A DNA stretch of 64,000 nt from Cetorhinus maximus (GCF_964194155.1 NC_135901.1:1550001-1614000), one strand, 5' to 3'; counted from the stretch's first letter, positions 36,280 to 50,504 are shown. The notes: generated from the sequence alone by a model not told the origin. Numbers and translations: made by a program.

Positions 36280-37500
36280 ATATCAGATCAGAGCCACCAT
36301 GGAAAATGAGTTTGACACTCCTGAGTCCCTGTAACTTCCTCCAGCTCCACAACCCTCTGTGTAAATACAAGGTGTTGTTGTTGGATTCACCCTGAGATAG
36401 ACAATGTCAATCTGATTCCCCTCATCCACAAACACAACAACTTCTCCACAAAACACAAACAGGTTTGTAAATTGTGACCTCATTTTCCAGAAGCCATGTT
36501 GAGGATCTCTAATGGCTCCTTTTCTTCCCCAGTGATCAGAAACAGCATCTCTTAGGATCCCTTCAAGCATCTTCCCTGTGATCGACATCACACTGATGGG
36601 CCTGTCGTTCCCTGGCTCTGATTTGTCTCCAATTCGGAAAGTGGGAACGAAGTGAGCTGCCTTCCAATCTCAGGGAACAATCCCCGACTCTCTTGAGCTG
36701 TTGAAGATTCGGACAAGGGGCTCAAAGACCAGCCGTCCCATCTCTTTAAGCTGCCTTGGGTGGGTATCATCTGGACCTGGAGCACCATCTAGTTTGAGAT
36801 TTCCTATTTTATCCAGGATGACAATCACTTTCTACTTTAATAGTGATGATGTTACTGTCAACACCACATCCCACAGCTGGAATCTGAACATCATCCACAG
36901 GAGTGCAGACTGATGTGAAATAGTCATTTAACAGTTATGTTATATCCTGGCAATCTGTTTCAATCTGTCCTGAACTGACAGTCAGTGACTCAAAACCATT
37001 TTTAACCATCTTCTCACTCCTGATGGAGTTGGAAAAGTTGTCACTATTATTCCTATAATTGTTCACCACCTTCTTTTCCAAAGATTGCTTCACTTCTCTA
37101 ACGGCTGCTTTTGTCTCCCTCAATTGTGGGTGATATTTGTCCCTATTCTCCTGGACACTGAATCCATCTTGTTCTAAACTGGGTTCAATGTCAGACAGTT
37201 CAGGGAGTCGGAAATCATTCACCCCTAGACCTACACTGACAGGTAAAACCCCAGACAGCTCCCTCAGTAAGGATCCCTTGGTTTTTCACCATGTATGAGT
37301 CAGGATACTGAAACCCACCTTTCTGACAGTCCACTCCTGGAGGCCCCACTCCTTGAGCCTACAACCTTCAGCAGGGTCAGTGGTGGAGTTCCACAGCGGG
37401 AGTGATCTCAGGGTAACTGTTGGGATTGCACCACCATGGATATCCTGAGTTGTCTATTTATAGTTATCCTGGTGTCTAACACACGCACATCATTAAAACA
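36280..37500 (-). mobile_element. Old CR1 ORF2 fragments
   Basis: SITGKMLEGILRDAV...QHGFWK...IDIVYL (36283..36591); GPDDTHPR near 36760-36780. Confidence 0.65.
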
Positions 37501-37797
37501 GGGAATTCCTGGAAACACCGTGCAGATCCTTCTTTATCTGGAGATCAAATGTCTGTGGTATAATTGTCCCAGCAGTTAACAGGCTCCTGTGAACTCCACT
37601 ATCTGCTCTTTCAATGCAGATTTTAACAAATGTCTTTCAAATAAGTTAACATTGTCCTGAAATGGTAGCTGTCGTATAATTACCACAGTCATTTTCAGGC
37701 TGGAAACTTAAACCTGCTATTTCACTTTCAAGACAAGAACACATCACAGTTTTACACCAATCTCTGATTTGACAGCACGTTTCCAGCATTCACCGTT

Positions 37798-38005
37798 GAA
37801 AAACAGAAATTGCTGCAAAATCTCAGCAGGTCTGGCAGCATCTGCAGAGAGAAAAACAGAGTTAACATTTTAAGCCTAATATGGCTCTTCTTCGGTTCCA
37901 AAACATTAACTCTGTTTCTGTCTCCACAGATGCTGCCAGACCTGCTGAGATTTTCCAACATTTTCTGTTTTTAGTTTAGACACCCACATTATTTTGTTTT
38001 ATTTC
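37798..38005. mobile_element. Fold-back Penelope terminal-repeat element
   Basis: 'aatctcagcaggtctggcagcatctg...aacagagttaac' followed by its reverse complement. Confidence 0.7.
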
Positions 38006-38477
38006 ACTGTTGTTCTTCCTGATTCTAAACACAATTGTAAAGGAGCCTTTTGTCCCATCTGAACCATGGAAAAAAGCAGCTGACACACATTTCTTCCACA
38101 CTTCAGGATTAACCCACACAAAATCTCTTCAGTGTGTGAAGGGATGAAAAAGACAAAAGTGCCATTTGTCCCTCAGTGTGACCCTGAAGGACTGTGTCCA
38201 GGCTGAAGTTCTGTTCCTGCCGTATGATCCTCCCCCAGATTGTCCTTTCTGAGCTCCAGCCAGGTGATGTTAAACACTCAGGTGGGAAAGACAAAAATCT
38301 ACAACAATATGTTCAAAACAAAGCTGATTTATTTGACATTTATCCAAATGTTAAACTCCAGCCCAGTTAGAGGGATAATGAACATCATCAGAAGCAAACT
38401 CCTGCTCTCAGAATGAACATGGTCTAGTCCTGGATGTGATTAACAGCTGCAAGAACAGCAGAATCCAACCCCTGCAG

Positions 38478-39165
38478 TCACTTGTAAACTCACTGGTGTC
38501 AGTAGGTGAGATGACTGAGTGAATCTCTTCCCACGCATGGAGCAGGTGAACCGCCTGTCACCAGTGTGAATGTGTTTGTGTGACAGCAGGTCCACTTTGC
38601 TTTTAAATCTCTGTTCACACAACTTAGAAAAGGTTTCTTATCAGTGTGAACAAGTTTATGTGTTTTAAGGTGGGATGACTGAGTGAATCTCTTCCCACAC
38701 ATGGAATAGGGGAACGGTGTCGCCCCAGTGCGAGTGCGCTGCTGGACACTTGAGTTCACATGATCAACAGTACCCAGTCCTAGTGAGAGCACCTGAATAG
38801 TCTTGTCAGTGTGAACACGTTGTTGGTACGTGAGCTCCACAGGATTTTCATAGCACTTCCTACAATCCAGAGATTGAAAAGATCGTCCCACTGTGAACTC
38901 ACTGGTTTGTCAACAGGTTGAATGAATGAGGGAATCTTTCCCCACATGGAGCAGGTGAATGACCTCTTCCTGGTGTGAACTCGCTGGTGTTGCTGCAGGA
39001 TGGACAATCGCCTGAACCTCTTCCCACAGTGAGAGCAGATGAATGGAGTGGAACCAGAGTGAATGCTCTGGAGCATCATCAGTGAATGTAGGTTTTTAAA
39101 CCTTGGTCGAAGCATTTAAAGCCTCTCTCTGGTGTATGAACTTGCTGGTGTGTACGGAGGCTGGA
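38478..39165 (-). pseudogene. Heavily decayed, 5'-truncated C2H2 zinc-finger pseudogene (ZNF-6)
   Basis: Finger motifs spread over three frames (ORFs 38440..38622, 38499..38891, 38780..39115). Confidence 0.8.
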
Positions 39166-39698
39166 TGGAGAAAGAGGCGGACAAGGAGGAAATCCCAGTG
39201 CGGTAGTGGAAGGGAGGGAAGCAGCAGAGGCAGCTTATCGGATTGTCTCAATCTTAGTGACAAAGAAGCTCCATGAGATCCTCACACTTGTTGTTGGGGG
39301 TGAGGATGGAGGAGACAGGGGAGAGGGAGAGCACTTCAAAAGGAACTAACTTGTGTTAGAGATATTAAAAAGGCTTAACATACTGTAGGTTTAACACAAA
39401 GCTGATTTATTTGACTTTTATCCACAATATTAACCACGATAACTGGACTGGAGTTTATTAACATCAGCAGAAAAAGACCCCATTGAACATGGTTCAGTCC
39501 TGGATGTGATTAACAGCAAAATCCATCACTGTAGTTATTCATGAACTCGCTTGTGTCTCACCAGGTGAGATGAGCGAGCAAATCTCTTATTACACACAAA
39601 GCAGGTGAAATGGCTTCTTCTCAGTGTGAACTCTCTGGTGTATCAGCAGGTGGGATGAGATAGTGAATCCCTGCCCGCACTCAGCAGGTGAATGGCCT

Positions 39699-40571
39699 CT
39701 ACCCAGTGTGAACTCGTTGATGTATCCGCAGGTTGGATGACTGAGTGAATCCCTTCCCACACTCAGAGCAGGTGAATGGCCTCGCTCCAGTGTGAACTCG
39801 CTGGTGTGTCAGCAGGTTGGTTAAGGTAGTGAATCCCTTCCTACACACAGAACAGGTGAACGGCCTCTCCCCAGTGTGAGTGCGCTGATGTATCAGCAGT
39901 TTGGATGACTGAATGAATCCTTTCCCACACTTGGTGCAGGTGAATGGCCTCTCTCCAGTGTGAATGCGCTGATGTATCAGCAGGTTGGATGAGGTAGTGA
40001 AACCCTTCCCACACTCGGGGCAGGTGAATGGTCTCTCTCCAGTGTGAACTCGCTCGTGTATCAGGAGGTTGGTTAACCGAGTGAATACCTTCCCAAATTC
40101 AGTGCAAGTAAATGGCCTCTCCCCAGTGTGAATCCGCTGGTGTACAGTGAGCTGAGATGATTGTCTGAACCCCGTCTCGCAATGAGAGCACCTGAACGGT
40201 CTCTCGTCAGTGTGAACACGTTGATGGAGCATCAGTTCACTGGAACTTTTAAAGCACTTCCCACACTCTGGACAATTAAAAGGTTTCTCCCCAGTGTGAA
40301 CTCGCTGGTGTCTCAGGAGGTGGGATGACCAACGGAATCCTTTGGCACACACGGAGCAGGTGAACGGCCTCTCCCCAGTGTGACTGTGTTGATGAGTTTC
40401 CAGCTCAGATGGGAATCTGAATTCCTCCTCACACTCCCCACGTTTGCACGGTTTCTCCCCAGTGTGGCTGCACTTGTGTTTCAACAGGTCAAATGATCGA
40501 CTGAAGCCTCGTCCACAGGCAGAACACGTGTGTGGTTTCTCTCCACTGTGAACGGTGCTTTTTCCTTCCAT
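39699..40571 (-). CDS. C2H2 zinc-finger protein, 10 fingers (2 degenerate), ending at a premature TAG (ZNF-7)
   Basis: [13 protein letters not shown]... ATG at 40571. The stop replaces the linker Glu (HTG*RPF); two decayed fingers follow down to about 39535. Confidence 0.8.
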   Translation of the reverse strand: MEGKSTVHSGEKPHTCSACGRGFSRSFDLLKHKCSHTGEKPCKRGECEEEFRFPSELETHQHSHTGERPFTCSVCAKGFRWSSHLLRHQRVHTGEKPFNCPECGKCFKSSSELMLHQRVHTDERPFRCSHCETGFRQSSQLTVHQRIHTGERPFTCTEFGKVFTRLTNLLIHERVHTGERPFTCPECGKGFTTSSNLLIHQRIHTGERPFTCTKCGKGFIQSSKLLIHQRTHTGERPFTCSVCRKGFTTLTNLLTHQRVHTGARPFTCSECGKGFTQSSNLRIHQRVHTG

Positions 40572-41089
40572 GATCAAAATCCGATGGTATTCAGGTTATG
40601 AATAAATTAGGCAACTTCATCAGATCCTGATGTGATGATTGAGTTTCCCGACAGTGAATCCTCCCCTTCTAATACCCTGTGAAATTGATTTAAAACAGAA
40701 AAAAGGGAGTGAGAGAGAACCCACAAAAACACAAAGGCAGGTTGTGAAATTGAGCTGAATGAATCTGTTAATTTGTGAGGCCAGGACTAGGAAAAAGTGA
40801 ATGTGAAAGCTGCTGGACTGTCATAAAAACCCAACTGGTTCACTCATGTCCTTCAGGGAAGGGAACCTTTCTGGGCCTACACAACAATCTGTTCTCTATG
40901 GGAGGGGACAGAGAGAGGTGGGGATGTGGGAGAAGTGGGGGGATGAGGCAAGGAAGAGGGATTTTATATATTTTCAACTCAACCAGAACTTTGACATATT
41001 CTCCCAAATCCTGACACTCTACCACCGAGAAGGATCAGGATAGCAGGTCTATGGGAACAGTATCACCTCCAAGTCACACACTGTCCTGA

Positions 41090-41795
41090 CTTGTCTGACA
41101 TCCAGAACTGGATGAGCACAAATTTCCTTCATTTAAATATTGAGAAGACTGAAGCCATTGTCTTCAGTCCCACAACAAACTCCACTCCCTGGCCACCGAC
41201 TCCATCCCTCTCCCTGGCAACTGGGTGAGGTTGGAGCAGACTCTTCACAATGTCAGAATAATATTTGACCCCAAGAAGAGCTTATGACCAGATATCCCCA
41301 TCATCACCAAGATCGCCTATTTCCACCTCAGTAACGTCACTTGACTCTGCTCATCTGCTGCTGAAAACCTCATCATTCCTTTGTTACCTCTAGACTTAAC
41401 AATCCTAACACACTCCCAGCCGGCCTCCCATATTAAACCACCTCCCTCCATCCGGAGGTCATCCAAAACTCTGCTGCCCGTGTGCTTACTCACACCAAGT
41501 CTTGTTCACCCATCACCCCTGTGCTCACTGACATACAAAGGTTTCTGTTCAAGAAGCATCTAAATTTTAAACTTCCCATCCTTATTTTCAATTATATCCA
41601 TGGCCCCTCCCTACCTCTGTAATCTCCTCCAGCCTCATAACCCTCTGAGATCTTTGTGCTCATCTAATTCCTCAGCATTCCTGATTTTAACTGTTCCACT
41701 ATTAATTGGCTGCACCTTCAGTTGCCCAAGGCCATAAACTGTGGAATTTCATCCCTGACGCTCTCTGCCTCTCTACCTCACTTTTCTCCTCAAGA
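41090..41795 (+). mobile_element. L2 LINE fragment (paralog of 11590-12190)
   Basis: SDIQNWMSTNFLHLNIEKTEAIVF. Confidence 0.7.
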
Positions 41796-42714
41796 TACCA
41801 ACTTCTGCAACCAACACGCAGCCCATTACAAATCAGTTGTTAAATGGTCCATCTCTGTTTCTAGACTCAGTTCTGTGAGCAACAGCTGCAATAAAACAAA
41901 TGCAAAATACTGCGTTTGCTGTAAATCTGAAAGAAAAAGAGCAAATCCTGGAAATGCTCCAGGTCAGTAACTGTAGAAAAAGAAAGAGAGTTAACATTTC
42001 AGGATGTGCAGAATCAGTTCCAGGGAATAAAAATTCAGCAGAATTTTATGGTCAATATAAGCTCAGAAGCAGAAGAGAATGATCTCTAGTGCAGGAAAAA
42101 CAATTCCTGACCACGGGAAGATAAAGCTGGTAAATCAGCAGTGTATAGACGGGAGACGGGCAGCAGGGGACACCTCATTTAGACACAGCTGGCGGAAATA
42201 ACAGGGAAATACCAAACATGGCTAAAATACACCCATTGTTTGAGGGAGTGGAAGTTAGACAATGGAAGAGAGGTGATCAGGGAGGCAGAGGTGAAACAGA
42301 GCAATGGATGGACATAGATTCAGATCCACAGTAAAGAAGCCATACCAGCCCCAAAGCTATGGAAACCAGAGCACAGCACTAAAAGCTCTAAATTGTAGAT
42401 GAATGTTCAATAATAATCACCTCTGAAACAATTTCACTGTTTTCAAATTTAAAATCTCCTGCTAGAGCCTGCAGCTGGAAAGATATTACAAGCAGTGAAA
42501 GCACCTGTAAAAGGATATTACAAAAGTCATATGTGTCAGTCCAGGTTTGAAATTCAGAAGAGACAAACATTTATCTTGGTTTGAGTTTCCTGTGTGTTGA
42601 TCCTCCCCTTCTAACCCTCTGTAAAAGGAGTTTCCAAAATTCATCACTGTTTGTCCAGGATAGAAATTCACAACATTCCCTCCTCCTGGCCTAGGATTAC
42701 TTAAGCAGTGACAA

Positions 42715-43270
42715 CTTCCATTGGAAGCAGGTCAGAGAAGGTTCACTAGGCCAATTCCTGGAATGAGGGGGGTTGTCTTATGAGGAAAGGTTGAGCAGGT
42801 TGGGACTATACTCATTGGAATTTATAAGAATGAGATGTGATCTTATTGAAACATGTTAGATTCTGAGGGCTCTTGACAGATGCTGAGAGGGTGTTTCCTC
42901 TCATGGGGGAATCTAGAACAAGGTGGGGGGGGGGGGCACAGTTTACAAATAAGGGGGTCTCTCATTTTACACAGAGGAGGGAAAATTTCTTATCTCAGAG
43001 GGTCATGAGTCTGTGGAATTCATGTCTCCAGAGAGCAGTGGAGTCTGGGTCATTGAATATATTCAAGGTTGAGTTAAGCAGATTTTTGATCTACAAGGGA
43101 CACAAGTGTTACGGTGGGGGTGGGGGTGGTGGGGGCGGGGGGGGGGGGGGGGGTGGGAGGGGGCGCAGACAGGAGAGTAGAGTTAAGGCCACAAGCAGAC
43201 CAGCTATGACCTTATTGAATGGCAGAACAGGCTCGATGGGCTGAATGGTCTCCTGATGTTCTTATTCTGG
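42715..43270 (+). mobile_element. CR1 3' fragment inserted in the ZNF-7 first intron
   Basis: ERVFPLMGESRTR...FLSQRVMSLWNS; absent from the paralogous ZNF-2 intron. Confidence 0.8.
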
Positions 43271-43279
43271 TGCTTGGGA

Positions 43280-43865
43280 AGGCCGCGCACGCGCCCTGCA
43301 GCAAATTGCCCCTCGGAAGATGGCGGCCGTTAACCAGGGTCTGTAAACAGAAACAGGAACAGAAATAGCTGGAAAAACTCAGCAGGTCTGGCAGCATCAG
43401 CGGAGAAGAACAAAGTTGACGTTTCGAGTCCTCATGACCCTTCAACAGAACCTACTCTTCTCCGCCGATGCTGCCGGACCTGCTGAGTTTTTGCAGGTGT
43501 TTCTGTTTCTGTTTCGGTTTTGCATTTCCAGCATCCGCAGTTTTTTTGTTTTTAACCAGGGTCTGTTCCCCGGAGCTGCAAACGCCATTCCCATTCCTGC
43601 ACAGTCTGATTCTGGGCTTGCGGCCTACATCCGGTGTTTATGAAGCCTCCTTTCCCTCCCCTCCTGGCTCCATTCCTCCCTCCGCCCCGCCCGCTCTCAC
43701 CCATTTCCAAAAGCCTCTCCCGCACTCACAGGGCTCCGATCCAAGTGACACTGCACATGCTCCCAACGGTTCAGCACGGCGCCTGCGCACTGGGCTCCTG
43801 TACAGTGATTAGAGCACATTCACATCCGCACGGAATGTTGGGTAACAGCAGCGCCATTGACACTC
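43280..43865 (-). promoter_or_regulatory. CpG-rich promoter and first-exon region of ZNF-7
   Basis: YY1 AAGATGGCGGCC at 43317-43328; NRF1-like GCGCCTGCGCA near 43779; Staf-type TTACCCAACATTCCGTGCGG on - at 43826-43845; candidate donor GTGAGA near 43700. Confidence 0.65.
43345..43551. mobile_element. Fold-back Penelope element with a 15-bp target-site duplication
   Basis: TTAACCAGGGTCTGT at 43330-43344 and 43552-43566 flanks the inverted arms. Confidence 0.8.
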
Positions 43866-44199
43866 GAAATACAAAATAGAAAATCGTTCTGTTAACCAAT
43901 TGGGATAAATTAATTAAAAAAAGACACGTAAATGTTTGTGAATTTGTGTGCTGCTAACGTGATTTAAATCTCTGCTCCATTCGGAATACACTGAGTTTTT
44001 AAAGCTTTTTCCAATGGTTCTCCTCCCATGTAGGTTCTGACCCTGGCTGGGTTCAATCCCGCAGTCACTGGTTCCTCTCTTTCTCTCTCTATCTTATGTT
44101 ACTGAATATTCACCCTTTGATATAATGTTACAGCACAGATGGAAACTATTCAGCCCATCATCCCTGTGCTGACTTTTTGGACGATCTATCCAAGTAATT

Positions 44200-47160
44200 G
44201 TACAGCCCGGCTGGTACTGTCAAAACGATGCATATCTGCTGTAGTAATGCAGGAGGTGAATGGGAAAGGATCTCCCAGACTCTGGGAAGATTGATTGACC
44301 GGTGTTATGAGCTGAAATAAAACAGCAAGTACCACAAAAACTCAGCAGGTCTGGCAACTCCTCTGGAGAGAGGAACAGTGTTAGTGTTTTGATTCAAATA
44401 TGATTCTTTATTTTATTCAATCATGGGATTTAGGTGTCCGATCCCTAGTTGCCCTAGCTCAGAGGGCATTTAGAGTTAACCACATTGCTGTCACATGTAG
44501 TTACCATTTCACTAAAGGACATTTGTGAACCAGATGGGTAGTCATCATTCGACTTTTAATTCCAGATTTTTATTCGCACCATGGTGGGATTATCCAGCGC
44601 ATTGCCCTGGGTCTCTGGATTACTAGTTTAGCAACAATACCACTCTGCCGTCTACTCCCCTTCTTCGAAACTGAAATGGACAGCCATTTTTCCTGTATTC
44701 TGACATTAAAACTTACCGTGCTTTTTTTTTATACTACAAACATGACCATTCCCTTTGTCTTTTGTTCAATCACATCTTTGTTTAATCTCTCCCGTCCTCC
44801 TGACCTTCTCTTTTGTTGTACCTGACCCTCCCCACTTTTCAATGCCAGAAAACCCATGCTATTTCTCCATCTCTTCAGTTCTGAAGAAGAGTCACATTGC
44901 AGTCGAAACATTAAATCTGCTTCTCTCTCCACAGATGCTGTTAGACCTGCTGAATTTTTCCAACACCTTCCGATTTTTATTTCAGATCTCCAGCATCCTC
45001 AGTATATTGCTTTTATTTAAGGGTTCACTGGTTAGTTAAGTACGGAGTACTTGGTCGAGTTTAATTCGATAATTCTGCACACCCCACATACCACAGTGAC
45101 ATTATTAATAAAGGGCCAAGTGAAGGGAACATCCCTGATGTGATAGAGTAGATGAATTATGGAGTTACGAATCAAGGATATTAATATGCTGTAACCTCAC
45201 AAATGCCAATTAGCTGGGATGTTGCAGTTTGAAAGAACCCCACATACTTGTCCAGTGAAAGAGGCCGTGTCCATTGGACATATTAGGGCCACACCACTGT
45301 CCAATTTTACTGGTGTTCATGTGGATGGATCTCAACTTTATGAACAAGGACTGTATCAGACTGGTGCTGCATCTTATGTCCCTCATGACAGCTGTAATAT
45401 CCTTATTAAATACTCAACATAATATTTAACCCAGAAATCTGAGCTTATTGTGAACACAGCCCTTCAAATTGTCACTGATGGAAACTCCAACTATTCAGAA
45501 ACTATCCATTGGTTGTAACTCCCTCAGGGAAAACCTACGTCTCTGGCAAAAGAAAACACAACTTCTCCACAACAGAAAGGAAACCATTCACCCACCACTC
45601 CAAATGCCGAATGATTTGGTATATTGCTGGTAAGTGACGGGAACAATTTGCTATTTGTAATGTGAATTTACATCAGCAGCAAGAGTTAGTGAAGAGGGTG
45701 ATGGTAATAACCAGGTAGACTGACTCACCAGGAAAGTTACTCCAGAGGGAATTCCATGGGATCCACCCAGAACACTGGTACTCGTACGACAGACTCCAGT
45801 TAAACGTGATTTAAAAACTTGTCAGGACCATGACCCTGATGTGACTGTGGTCAAAGAGGCCGTACAACATAGCAAAGACTTTCCCTCATCCTTTTTCAGC
45901 AAGGACTCACTCATCCAACAAGGGTGGCTCTAATTTGACTTGGGTCACACTTTGATGCTTCAGAAAAGAATTATTTTTGTTCATGGATCAAATTTGGGAC
46001 ATGTTCCTCTTTTTCCAGTCCTCGATATGTTGCATAATTACTATTGAGAACATAGGATGCACCAGGATGTCCATCACTACCTGAACCTGTGACCAAATTA
46101 ACCCGGACTTGTGAATGGACATGTCACATCTGAATGACGTTCCGTGGGAAACATTGCAGATTGATTATACAGGCCCACTACCCATAGTAACAGGGAGGGA
46201 CCGGTATATCCTGGTAGTTATAGTTATGCTTACCTGGTGGATTGAATCTTTCCCTGCCTGTAAAAAATGATGCAGCCACTACATCTAAAATCTTGTGGGA
46301 ACAGATCTTTACCAGATGGGACTTTCTGAAAAGGATAGAGAGTGATATTGGTTCTCATTTCACAGCTGAATTAATGCAGCAGTTCCGTCATCTTGTGGGT
46401 GTGGAACAACATTTCCACATCACCTACCACCGAGCAATTAGCGGGATAGTCGAGGGCTTTACTTTTCTATAAAAACAGCACTGAGAAAAGCTCTCATAAA
46501 GGGAGCTGATGATCTGGTCAAGGTCAACTGCCTTGCCTAGTATGTTAATGACCATTCACTCCCCTCCTGTTCACTCCTCCAATTGCAGCCCATTTCAGCT
46601 CATGACAGGGCAGAAAATGCAGATTGTGCATTGCCCTGGGATCCCACTCCCCATTGCTACTCGACAGACTCAGGACCTGTTTCTCCAGAACCTCCAACGA
46701 ACCTCAGCATCCTCCCTCAGTGGGACTAGAGGCAGTGGAGAAGATGGTGCTGCCCATCTCAACACCTCCAGGGAGAACAACCCTACCCGTTACATTAACT
46801 GTTCAGTGGGAGATGAAGTCATGTTAAAAACCTTGTGAAAAGGGGTCGGGTCGGGATGCTAATTGGGAAGGTCCATATGATGTTCTAGATAGACTTGTGG
46901 GAAACAAATCTTATATTAGCGAAATGGAAATGAAGGATGGAAATGCAATATTTGTGTTATCATGAAGATCAGTGTGAACTGTATATAATGAAAATGTCAG
47001 ATAACCAGATTGAGAATAAACGCTGTGTTTGATTTTATCCAACAGGGACAAGATGTGGATGGTCATCATGCTCCTGGACTGTGTCCAGGCTGAAGTTCTG
47101 TTCCTGCCGTATGATCCTCCCCCAGATTGTCCTTTCTGAGCTCCAGCCAGGTGATGTTAA
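44200..47160 (+). mobile_element. Decayed retroviral-like pol plus env-like leader, copy B (interrupted by Penelope and SINE at 44315-45018)
   Basis: HVDGSQ...TQKSEL; HxxxxGH...YY; PWETLQIDYTGPLP...RIESDIGSHFT; NWEGPYDVLD (GPY motif, about 46860-46890). Confidence 0.8.
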
Positions 47161-47699
47161 ACACTCAGGTGGGAAAGACAAAAATCTACAGCAATATGTT
47201 TAAAACAAAGCTGATTTATTTGCTATATAACCAGAATACTAAACTTCAGTTCAATTATTAACATCAGCAGAAACAAACTCCAACTGTCAGAATGAACATA
47301 GTTGGGGGAATTAATTTCTGGCATGTTGAGTTGTAATCCGATTGGGTGTCTGGCTTACTGTGAGATAACATCAAGCTGTCAGGGGGAGGGATGATGTTGA
47401 GGAGAGCAGGTTTCTGATGGTGCGTTTGTGTGTGTGTATGTGTATGTAAGGGAGAGACAGGCTGTGCCGAGAGTTCGGTACAGGCAGCACCAGTGCAGCC
47501 CTGAATGATCGAGAACATCTCTCTCTGCCGGAGTGAGACTCTCTGCTATGTGGATGCTGCAGGGAAGGAAGAGCGGAAGGAGACTCGCAAGGAGTCTCGG
47601 GACGGAGCAGAAGTGAGTGTGCTACCAAATGTTCAACACCAAATTATCAAGGGGAGCAAACAGGAATGAAACGCCAATGGCGAAAAGTTGGTGATGCAG

Positions 47700-48312
47700 G
47701 TTGATAGAGACATTTAAAAGAACAATAAGCAATTGGTTTCATTTCTAGAGGGTGAGCGTTGAAAAACAGAAGTTTTGTTCTACCCTATATCGAGCGATGG
47801 GAGCACTGTGCACGGTTCTGGCCTCCGTATTATAAAAAAGGATATAGAGGCACCGGAGAAGATGCAAAACAAAAAAAGATTTACAAGGGCGATTCCAGAT
47901 CTGAGAGGTTATAACCATCAGGAAAGACTGAACAGGCTGGGGCTCTTTTCTCCAGAAAAGAGAAGGCTGAGGGGGTGACCTGATCGAGGTCCTTAAAATG
48001 ATGAAAGGGTTTCGAGCGGGTAGACGTAGAGAAGATGTGGAGGAGACCAGAACTGGGAGGTGGGGGTAGGGGTGGTTAGTGGTTATCAATATCAGATAGT
48101 CATTAATAAATCCAATGGGGAATTCAGGAGAATTTACCCAGAGAGTGTGGAGAATGTGGAACTCGCTCCCATAGGGAGTGGTCGAGGTGAATAGCATTTA
48201 AGGGAAAGAGTTAGGGTGGGGGTGGTGGTAGTGAGACTAACCCGATCGCTCGTCAGAAGTGCTGGCACGGACTCAGTGGGCTCAATGGTCTCCTTCAGTG
48301 CTGCACAGATTT
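47700..48312 (+). mobile_element. CR1 3' fragment
   Basis: KRFTRAIPDLRGYNHQERLNRLGLFSPEKRRLRG. Confidence 0.75.
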
Positions 48313-48511
48313 GGTGAATGGGAGCAAAATTTCTGCCAAGTTTTCTTTCTATATCCAAACTGGTTGGGTTCTGTCCTGTCAACACATATTTGTACCGCCC
48401 TGTGGTAACCCACTCCCTCTCGAAGGTGCCACACTGCCTCCCTCGCGGGGAATGGGGGACAGCTCCAGAGCACCGGAAGTTTGTTTCTCAGGCAGTGGGT
48501 TCAACAGCCTC

Positions 48512-49893
48512 GGTCGTTGGTAAGATTTTAGAGTCCATTATTAAGGATGAGATTTCAGAATACTTGGAAGTGCATGGTAAAATAGGGCAAAGTCAGCATG
48601 GTTCCATCAAGGGGAGGTCATGCCTGACAAATCTGTTAGAATTCTTTAAGGAGGTAACGAGTAGGTTAGACAAAGGAGAGCCAATTGATGTTATCTACTT
48701 GGACTTCCAGAAGGCCTTTGACAAGGTGCCGCACAGGAGGCTGCTCAGTAAGATAAGAGCCCATGGTATTAGAGGCAAGATATTAGCATGGATAGAAGAT
48801 TGGCTGTCTGGCAGGAGGCAGAGAGTGGGGATAAGGGGGTCCTTCTCAGAATGGCTGCCGGTGATTAGTGGAGTTCTGAAGGGGTCAGTATTAGGACCAC
48901 AACTTTTCACTTTATACATTAATGATCGAGATGAAGGAACTGAGGGCATTCTGGCTAAGTTTGCAGATGATACAAAGATAGGTGGAGGGACAAGTAGTAT
49001 TGAGGAGGCGGGGAGGCTGCAGAAGGTTTTGGACAGGTTAGGAGAATGGGCAAATAAGTGGCAGATGGAATACAACGTGGGGAAATGTGAGGTCATGCAC
49101 TTTGGTAGGAAGAATAGAGGCATAGGCTATTTTCTAAATGGGGAGAGAATTCAGAAACCTGGAGTGCAAAGGGACTTGGGAGTCCTTGTCCAGGATTCTC
49201 TTAAGGTTAACTTGCAGGTTGAATCGGTAGTTAGGAAGGCAAATGCAATGTTGGCATTTATTTCGAGAGGACTAGAATATAAAAGCAGGGATGTGCTGCT
49301 GAGGCTTTATAAGGCTCTGGTCAGACCACATTTAGAATATTGTGAGCAATTTCGGGCCCCGTAACTCAGGAAGGATGTTCTGGCCCTGAAGAGGGTCCAG
49401 AGGAGGTTCACGAGAACGATCCAAGGAATGAAAGGCTTAACATATGTGGAACCTTTGAGGACTCTGGGTCTATACTCGATGGAGATTAGAAGGATGAGGG
49501 GGGATTTAATTGAAACTTACAGAATACTGAAAGGCCTGGATAGAGTGGACGTGGGGAAGATGTTTCCATTAGTAAGAGAGACTAGGACCCGAGGGCACAG
49601 CCTCAGAGTAAAGGGAAGACCTTTTAGAACAGAGATGAGGAGAAACTTCTTTAGCCAGAGAGTGGTGAATCTATGGAATTCATTGCCACAGAAGGCTGTG
49701 GAGGCCAGGTCATTGAGTGTATTTAAGACCGAGATAGATAGGTTCTTGATTGGTAAGGGGATCAAAGGTTACGGGGCGAAGGCGGGAGATTGGGGTTGAG
49801 AAACTTATCAGCTATGATTGAATGGCAGAACAGACTCGATGGACCGAATGGTCTAATTTCTGCTCCTATGTTTTATGGTTTTATGGTCTTATG
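48512..49893 (+). mobile_element. Young 5'-truncated CR1 LINE (RT domain to 3' tail)
   Basis: VVGKILESII...DVIYLDFQKAFDKVPH...GSVLGPQLF...KFADDTK in one open frame to 49364; microsatellite tail (ttatgg)n. Confidence 0.93.
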
Positions 49894-50504
49894 GGTTCGG
49901 CACAGCTCCGGGGAAATCAGTACGGAGCCAGGAAAAGGCAGCTGGTGCCCTCCTGCCACACCTGGTAAAGCCTGGCACCTTCACAGTCAGCTATTTGAGC
50001 TGTAAATGATTGGGCATTGATATCGTGACACCTTCGCTACGACCATCAGGGTTTTCGCTGGAGTAAACAAGGAGAAACTGTTTCCAGTGGCAGGAGGGTC
50101 GGTGAACAGAGGGACACAGATTGAAGAGAATCGGGAAAAGAACCAGAGGGGGAGATGAGGGGGATTTTTTTTTACACAGTGAGTTGTTGTGATCTGGGAG
50201 GTGCTGCCTGAAAGGGTGGTGGAAGTAGATTCAACAGGAAATTTTAAAAGGGGAATTGAACAAATACTTGAGGGGGAAATGTTTTCAGGGCTATGGGGGA
50301 AAGAGCGACGTGGGGGAAGTGGGACTAATTGGATAGATCTTTCAGAGAGCCAGCACAGGCACAATGGGCTGAATGGCCTCTTCCTGTGTTGTAAGATTTT
50401 ATGATTCATTTCTTTCTGCCCACACACTGGATTGTGCACCCTCCACAGTCACTAACTCGCATGTTTGCTTGTTTTTGTCACTGTTTTATTCTGGTTTTCT
50501 GTCA

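Noticed and set aside
47484-47503. Possible REST/RE1 site (cagcaccagtgcagccc) upstream of a neuronal gene
   Set aside because: Only the left half-site matches; the GGACAG right half is absent.
48318-49364. 348-aa ORF as a host gene or active LINE
   Set aside because: It is a 5'-truncated CR1 RT joined by chance to an upstream ATG. It has no endonuclease, its VPQG motif is altered, and it stops prematurely.
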